In this document: positions 58,358-64,000 of the stretch, piece after piece | Layout: each line of letters begins with the position of its first letter | Position numbering within the stretch: position 1 is the first letter of the stretch | Assembly (NCBI GenBank): GCA_050084985.1 | Contig: JBITNC010000001.1 | Span: 43,028,001 to 43,092,000, forward strand | Direction of reading: 5' to 3' | Length of the DNA stretch: 64,000 bases | Source of the DNA: Nageia nagi | Taxonomy: Eukaryota; Plantae; Pinophyta | Translations under genes and position numbers: made by a program | The notes under the pieces: generated by a model | Seen by the model: the letters and a program-made list of their open reading frames with translations, nothing else | Database searches by the model: none | Told to the model about the DNA's origin: nothing

Positions 58358-61300
58358 ATGGTTGAAACCTTCATACCCAAGCATATACTCGACGGTTCCA
58401 ACTTTGGCATATGGGAACTCGTATGAAAGCTGAGTTACAAGCAAGGAAGCTGTGGTAGATAGTTAATGAAGACTTGGTCGCTCCTACCGATGAGAAGGCT
58501 CTTAAAATATACAACTCAAAGAATGAGTTAGCAACTTTAATGATTTATCGTGCAGTTTTAGATGATGTCCTTCTCATGATCTCTTCTTCAACATCAGCAA
58601 AGGAAGCTTGGGATAGGCTGAAGAAAATTTACCTTAGGTCAAAATTTTCAAGGAGGTTCACCATTTTACAAAATTTGTTGCAATATCGTCAAGGTGAAGA
58701 TGAAAGTGCTTCTATCTACTTGAACAAAATCATTGACCTCAGGACACAATGGTTGGCTGTGGGTGCAACTGGATCAATGATAAGTTCTGGTCTTCATCAT
58801 TCTTCAAAGCCTTTCTACAAAGTTTAGTAACTTTGTCATGATTATGGAAACAAGGCTCGATGATGAAGAAGATGTCATCTCTCTTGATAACCTCTCTAGA
58901 CTCCTTTTGAAGCATGAGGAAACTTTGAATAAGAAAATGTTGAATCTTTCTCCAAAGGATAATAGCATTGCTCTAGGAGCAACCAAAACTTCTTTCAAGA
59001 AGAAGTTCAAACATTATAAATTCAAAGATAATAAGTCTCATCTACCTTTAGGAAGTATGAGAAAAAGGGCAACAATAATGGCAACTTCAAACAAAGGAAT
59101 GATAAAACTGGATCAAGCAATCCAACACCTCAGGAAAAGTTTGATGGAAATTGTAACTTTTGTGGCATCTATGGGCACAAAGGTATGATTATCGTAAAAA
59201 ACAAATTTGCTCAAAAAGGTAAGGGAAATGCAAATGTGAGAAATTTTAATAATAAAAAGAAGAACAAGCATGCTGCTACTGTTGCCTACTACTCAATGAC
59301 TCAAATGTTTCAAATGATTGGATTGTTGATTCAGGATGCACTAATCACATGTGTTATGAAAAGGATAAGTTTGAAAACTTTCATAAGTATAAGAAGGATG
59401 CAGTTGTGATAGGTGATAATACAGTCCTTGATGTTCAAGGAATAGGGAGTGTGAAGATTCATGGAAAGGTTCTTGTCAATGCCTTTTATGTGCCTAAACT
59501 ACGGATGAATTTTATCTCTGTAATTCAGATTACAAGGAAAGGATACTCATTTGAGTTTACCTCACACTCCTGATGTGTTACGAAAGGACTTGCTACCTTC
59601 ATGAAAGGATTAATAAAGGATTACCTTTATATTATGGATCAAGTTCCTTCAAAATGTGTCTTGCTACAAATGTTTGTTCAAAGGGTAATCTTTGGCATCA
59701 ACGATTAGGGCACCTTAACCACAAGAGTATTCAAGATATGAAAACTCAAGAACTTATGGAAGGTTTACCTAATATTTACCCATAATTGGTCTCTGTGAAA
59801 GGTGCATTCTAGGAAAGATGAATAGGCAAAAGTTTGAAAAAAGATAAGGTAACTCGGGCTACTCGTCCTCTTCAACTTGTGCATTCAAATTTGATGGGTC
59901 CGTTTCAGACTAAGTCTCTAGGGGAGCTTCTTATGTCTGACCTTCATTGATGACTTTAGGAGGATGACATTTGGTTATCTACTTGAGCACAAGGATCAAA
60001 CTTTTGACAGGTTTGAAGACTTCAAGGCTCTTGTTGAAAATCAAATTGATTTTAAGATCAAGATGCTGAGATCTGATAATGGGGGTGAGTATAATAGCAA
60101 TGAGTTTAACGACTATTGTGTTAAACATGGGATCAAGCAGTAATTCACAATCCCTTACACCCTCAGCAAAATGGAGTTGCTGAAAGGAAGAATTGAACCA
60201 TTATGGAAATGGCAAGGTGCATGTTGGGTAACCTTCCTAGTTTCTTATGGGGTGAAGCTGTTCACACTGCTATTCACACCCTAAATAGGTGTCCTACTAA
60301 AGCAGTTGAAGGTAAAACTCCGTATGAAGCATGGATAGGAAAGAAACCTAACCTCTCACACTTTAGGGTCTTCGATTGTGATGCATTTGCCTTCATTACC
60401 TCAGAGAAAAAAGAAGTTGGATAAAAGATCAGAAAAATGCATCTTTATGGGGTATGATAATCATCATAGAGGTTATAGGCTCTACTCCTCATCCCATAAA
60501 ATAGTCTTTGTTTCTAGGGATGTCAAGTTCAATGAACTTCCTAAGGATACAACCTCTCATGCTGAGGTGTCTGATACAGATGATTCTTTGTCTGCATTGA
60601 ACTGGTTGGATGATCATGTAGGGAAGTCACCACAAGAGCAAAATTCTCCAGCTCAGAGAATTACAAGAAGTATGACTTGAATAAATCTTTATTTGCCAAA
60701 ATTGATAATACGAATGAGCCATCAACCTTCAAAGAAGCTTCCAAGCAAGAGTGTTGGATGGAAGCTATGAAATTTGAGTATGAGGCGCTCATGAAAAATG
60801 AAACTTGGGATTTGGTTCCTTATCCCAATGAGAAAAATGTGATTGGCAATAAATGGATATACAAGGTCAAGTACAATTCTGATGGAGAAATTGAAATATA
60901 CAAAGCAAGGTTAGTGGCCAAAGGATTCGCTCAGAAATATGGTATTGATTATGAGGAAACCTTTGCTCCTGTGGCTAAGATGCCTACTGTCAAGATAATC
61001 CTTGCTCTTTCTGCAGCTCAAGGTTGGAAAGTTTTTCAACTTGATGTTAAGAGTGCATTTCTCAATGGTGACTTAGATGTAGAAATCTACATAAATCAAC
61101 TAGAAGGATTTATTCCATAAGGTAAAGAGTCTCTTGTGTGTAAGCTAAAGAAGTCTCTGTATGGACTTAAGCAAGCACCTAGAGCATGGTACAAGAAAAT
61201 TTTAGGATTCTTTGCAAATATTGGTTTTTCCAAGTGCTTTTTTGACTCAGATCTCTATGTACTCAATCAAGGAAAAGATGTGGTCTTAATTCTCCTTTAT

Positions 61301-61520
61301 ATGGATGATCTTCTCATAACTGGCAATAATATTGAAATCATCCAAGAGTGCATCTCCAAACTGAAGGCAACATTTGAAATGATGATCTAGGTCTATTGCA
61401 TTACTATCTTGGGATGCAAGTATACCAACAAAAAGATTGTACTATCTTAGTCAATCTAAGTATATATCAGACATCTTGCAAAAGTTTGGAATGGAGGAGT
61501 GTAAAATATGCTGTAATACC
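58358..61520 (+). pseudogene. Copia gag-pol with multiple stops and frameshifts
   Basis: TSAKEAWDRLK; CNFCGIYGH; WIVDSGCTNHMC; LWHQRLGHLN; LRSDNGGEY; YKARLVAKGFAQKYGIDYEETFAPV; KSLYGLKQAPRAW; LYMDDLLITG. Confidence 0.9.
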
Positions 61521-61619
61521 TATTTCTCCTAGAATCATGGTATCTCTGAGCTTAGATTCTCAGTTAGCTGTTGCTAAGCTTTTAGACAATTGTAGTAATC
61601 TTTTGTATCTGATTTATCT

Positions 61620-62955
61620 TGTAACATGCTATTGCTTTGAGAGTGAATTATGGAGATTCATGAAAAGAATTTGGTGATTAATAAATGTTGTTAAAATTTG
61701 ATGGTATTCATGTAAAAGATTGTGCTTGATTCAAGTGTCAATTATTTTTAGGGTTGTTCAAAATATTTTTCTTACGATATAAAATGATAGAAACACCTTG
61801 CATAAAGTGATAATTGTAAAGGTGGATATCGTCTTGGGCTATAAGTAAGCTGTAACCTATATCAAATTATTTTTTCAAGAAATGCTATCAAAAAGTTTAT
61901 ATGTTTCTAGTGAATTGCCAAGAACTTATTGTGGTAGGACTTCTAAAAATTGGGTTGGTCACTTCCCATTCATTTTATTTTTTATGCATAAATCAATCTA
62001 TTCTATTGGTTAAAAATCATATATTCCATCAAAGTACAAAAGTTGTGGTTATCCCTCCATTTGTCAAAGGAGGAGGTTCACAACACCTATCAATTGATGT
62101 CAAAGTAAGTACGTCTTACATAAAAATCCTATTTATATTGGACAAGCCTTTGAGAGCTTGGATAGACCTTGATTCCATCTTGGCTGTAGTTGCACCTAAA
62201 GGAGGATGAATTTGAGACTTCGTTAGTCTGAGAAGATAATATCTCCTTAAGAGTGATGTGCTTTTTGGAATGAGTAATAAGTGATTCATAAAATGAGATA
62301 CCCTCGCTGTAAGTTTCTTAAGTGAGGAAATGTATCATTTTATATTGATTATAGCTTTTGCTAACGAAAACATGTAAATGTTTTGAGCAAAATGATTAGT
62401 ATCATGGTAAGGTTTCAGTAGAACTTGAATTCCAAATGAAGATTATCTCAGAGAAAACTGGTTGGGGTTTATAGTTTATACCTCATCTCATCAACTCAAC
62501 CATCACATATTATATATGTCAAAGGTACTAGAGAATTGATGGTTTGCATTGCTGTGCATGGTCTTAAGTGGCTTACTATTAGACCCATTTTATCTATACT
62601 CATGTTAATTGATTTTTTATTGAATATGATGCTATCTTAATGATTGGGGCATGGAGTTGGTTCTAAGCATGAAAACTCACAATTGGGTTTATAACATTAC
62701 ATTTTGTAAGCAGGTTTGCATAAAGATAATTGTAGGTTAGAATTTATTCCTGCTTTATTTACATGAAATTTTGGTCTAGTAGTTGTATTTTAATACCCTT
62801 TTTTTAAATGTGACGTTGTTAGGATCCTAACTCATTGCTCATTATCAATTCTCAATATTTGGTAAGAATGATTTTCATGCCTCTAACTTATGGATGGAAA
62901 CTCTATCTTAGTAGAATTATGAAGTACATTTATACCCAAGATGGATTAAGGATCA
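61620..62955 (+). repeat. Indel-riddled copy of about 53370-54984 (host flank of the 5' LTR)
   Basis: Collinear shared words: gtaacatgc..tgcttt, atggtattcatgt, aacacctatcaa, ttccaaatgaagatt, gtgacgttgttaggatcctaac, tacccaag..gatca|TGTTAG. Confidence 0.85.
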
Positions 62956-64000
62956 TGTTAGAATTTGTAATGAAATATTGTGAATATCTAAACTCCTTGT
63001 AAATTCAATTAATCACTTAAAGGATATGTAGATACCTTAAGGGATTAATTGAATTCTTATTATGTAGACTTTGACTTTACCATGTGGTTAGTTGGTAGGT
63101 TAAAGTTAGGTGATACATTTATTGTAACCCTAACCTTACCCTTGGGTTAAAGGGAGGTTAGGGAGGTGCTCTCAAGCTATAAATAGAGGGCCTCTCTCTT
63201 GTAACATAACTAAGTTTTTGAGTAAGATTACTCTACTAGTTGTGTAGGAGAGAAAGAGAATTGTTGTAAGAGGTGCATAGATTGAGAATTGAGAACTAGT
63301 TGTGGATGTACTCCCAAGGAGGGAGGAACCACATTATATTTGTGTTATCTTGTGTATGATTGAGTTTCCTAGTCTTGGACCTTGAGGATTAGAGTAGGTC
63401 TAAATCCTTCAGATCAAAATAGGAGCTTGGTTAAACTTGGAAGAACTAGAAAGGTATTGCCTATTGTTAAAAGAGTTCTCTAATATTTTTGCTTGATATT
63501 ATTTTTATATGCATGATCTTGATCCTAATTTTATCACTCATAGCCTAGTTGTTAATGAAAATGTAAAGCTAGTCTAATAAAAGCCTAGGAAAATGCATCC
63601 TAGGTGGCCCTTGCTATTAAAAAGGAGATCAAAAAGTATCTTGTTGCTAGTTTTATTATTCCTATTGATTATTCTATTTGGATTTCTAACATTATGCTTG
63701 TAGCTAAGTCTAATGGTGAAATAATATATTGTACAAATTTTAGGGACATCACCAAGGCTTATCCTAAAGACACCTTTCCTTTGCATAACATTTATATATA
63801 TTGTAGATTGAATAGCATGCCATGAAATTTTATCTTTCATGGATGGTTTTTTAGTTATAATCAAATAAGGATCAACATAAAATAACTTTTATTACTCCTT
63901 GGGGCATATTTTGTTATCTGGTCATGGTTTTTGATCTAAAGAATGTAGGTGCAGCTTATTAGAGAGCCATGGTGAGTATGTTTTCATGATATGATCCATG

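Larger units (their letters stand above)
54985..63411 (+). mobile_element. Ty1/copia element with LTRs 54985-55442 and 62956-63411; 3' part anomalous
   Basis: TG...CA LTRs of about 457 bp; PBS TGGTATCAGAGC at 55445; TSD gatca at 54980-54984 and 63412-63416; RNase H and PPT absent. Confidence 0.85.
51370..64000 (+). mobile_element. Degenerate Tat/Ogre-like gypsy element interrupted by a copia; continues past the window end
   Basis: LTR-like 51370-52043 (boundaries tentative); gag LMAKYFPTTFKGDVLNWYFSLP; protease ALIDIDSNVNIC...LLGRPWIH; G-patch-like GLGNNGQGIIEL near 54287; EVNIDTQEDPKL resumes as IKIGA at 63413; RT AYPKDTFPL...SFMDGF...TPWGIFCY 63600-64000. Confidence 0.78.

Noticed and set aside
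54985-63411. Very recent, intact copia insertion inferred from near-identical LTRs
   Set aside because: The ORF is heavily broken, RNase H and PPT are missing, and the second LTR is probably a re-read of the first

Overview
Eukaryotic land-plant genomic DNA, AT-rich and TE-dense; the intron sizes and repeat types suggest a gymnosperm, but that is inference. The only host gene is a 44-kb minus-strand M1 zinc aminopeptidase (PepN/MPA1-like). I reconstructed it by hand as 32 coding exons (49514 to 5429, about 977 aa, GAMEN and HEYFH motifs). It includes a 19/5/12-nt microexon run and an isolated last exon behind a 20.7-kb terminal intron. That intron holds a deleted copia, an L1 remnant, a TIR/TSD-bounded hAT element, a stop-free caulimovirid movement-protein fragment and a 10-kb cluster of Galadriel-type gypsy pieces in alternating orientation with a 1.35-kb-arm inverted repeat. 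Other introns hold RTEX-like and L1 LINE remnants, hAT relics and tandem repeats. The left end is a tandem array of a miniature non-autonomous copia-derived LTR element. The right end is a degenerate Tat/Ogre-like gypsy interrupted by a copia whose leader carries PPR-motif fragments. Positions 61.6-63.4 kb look like a noisy re-read of 53.4-55.4 kb (probable assembly artefact). All coordinates and identities were read by eye; no alignments or database searches were run.
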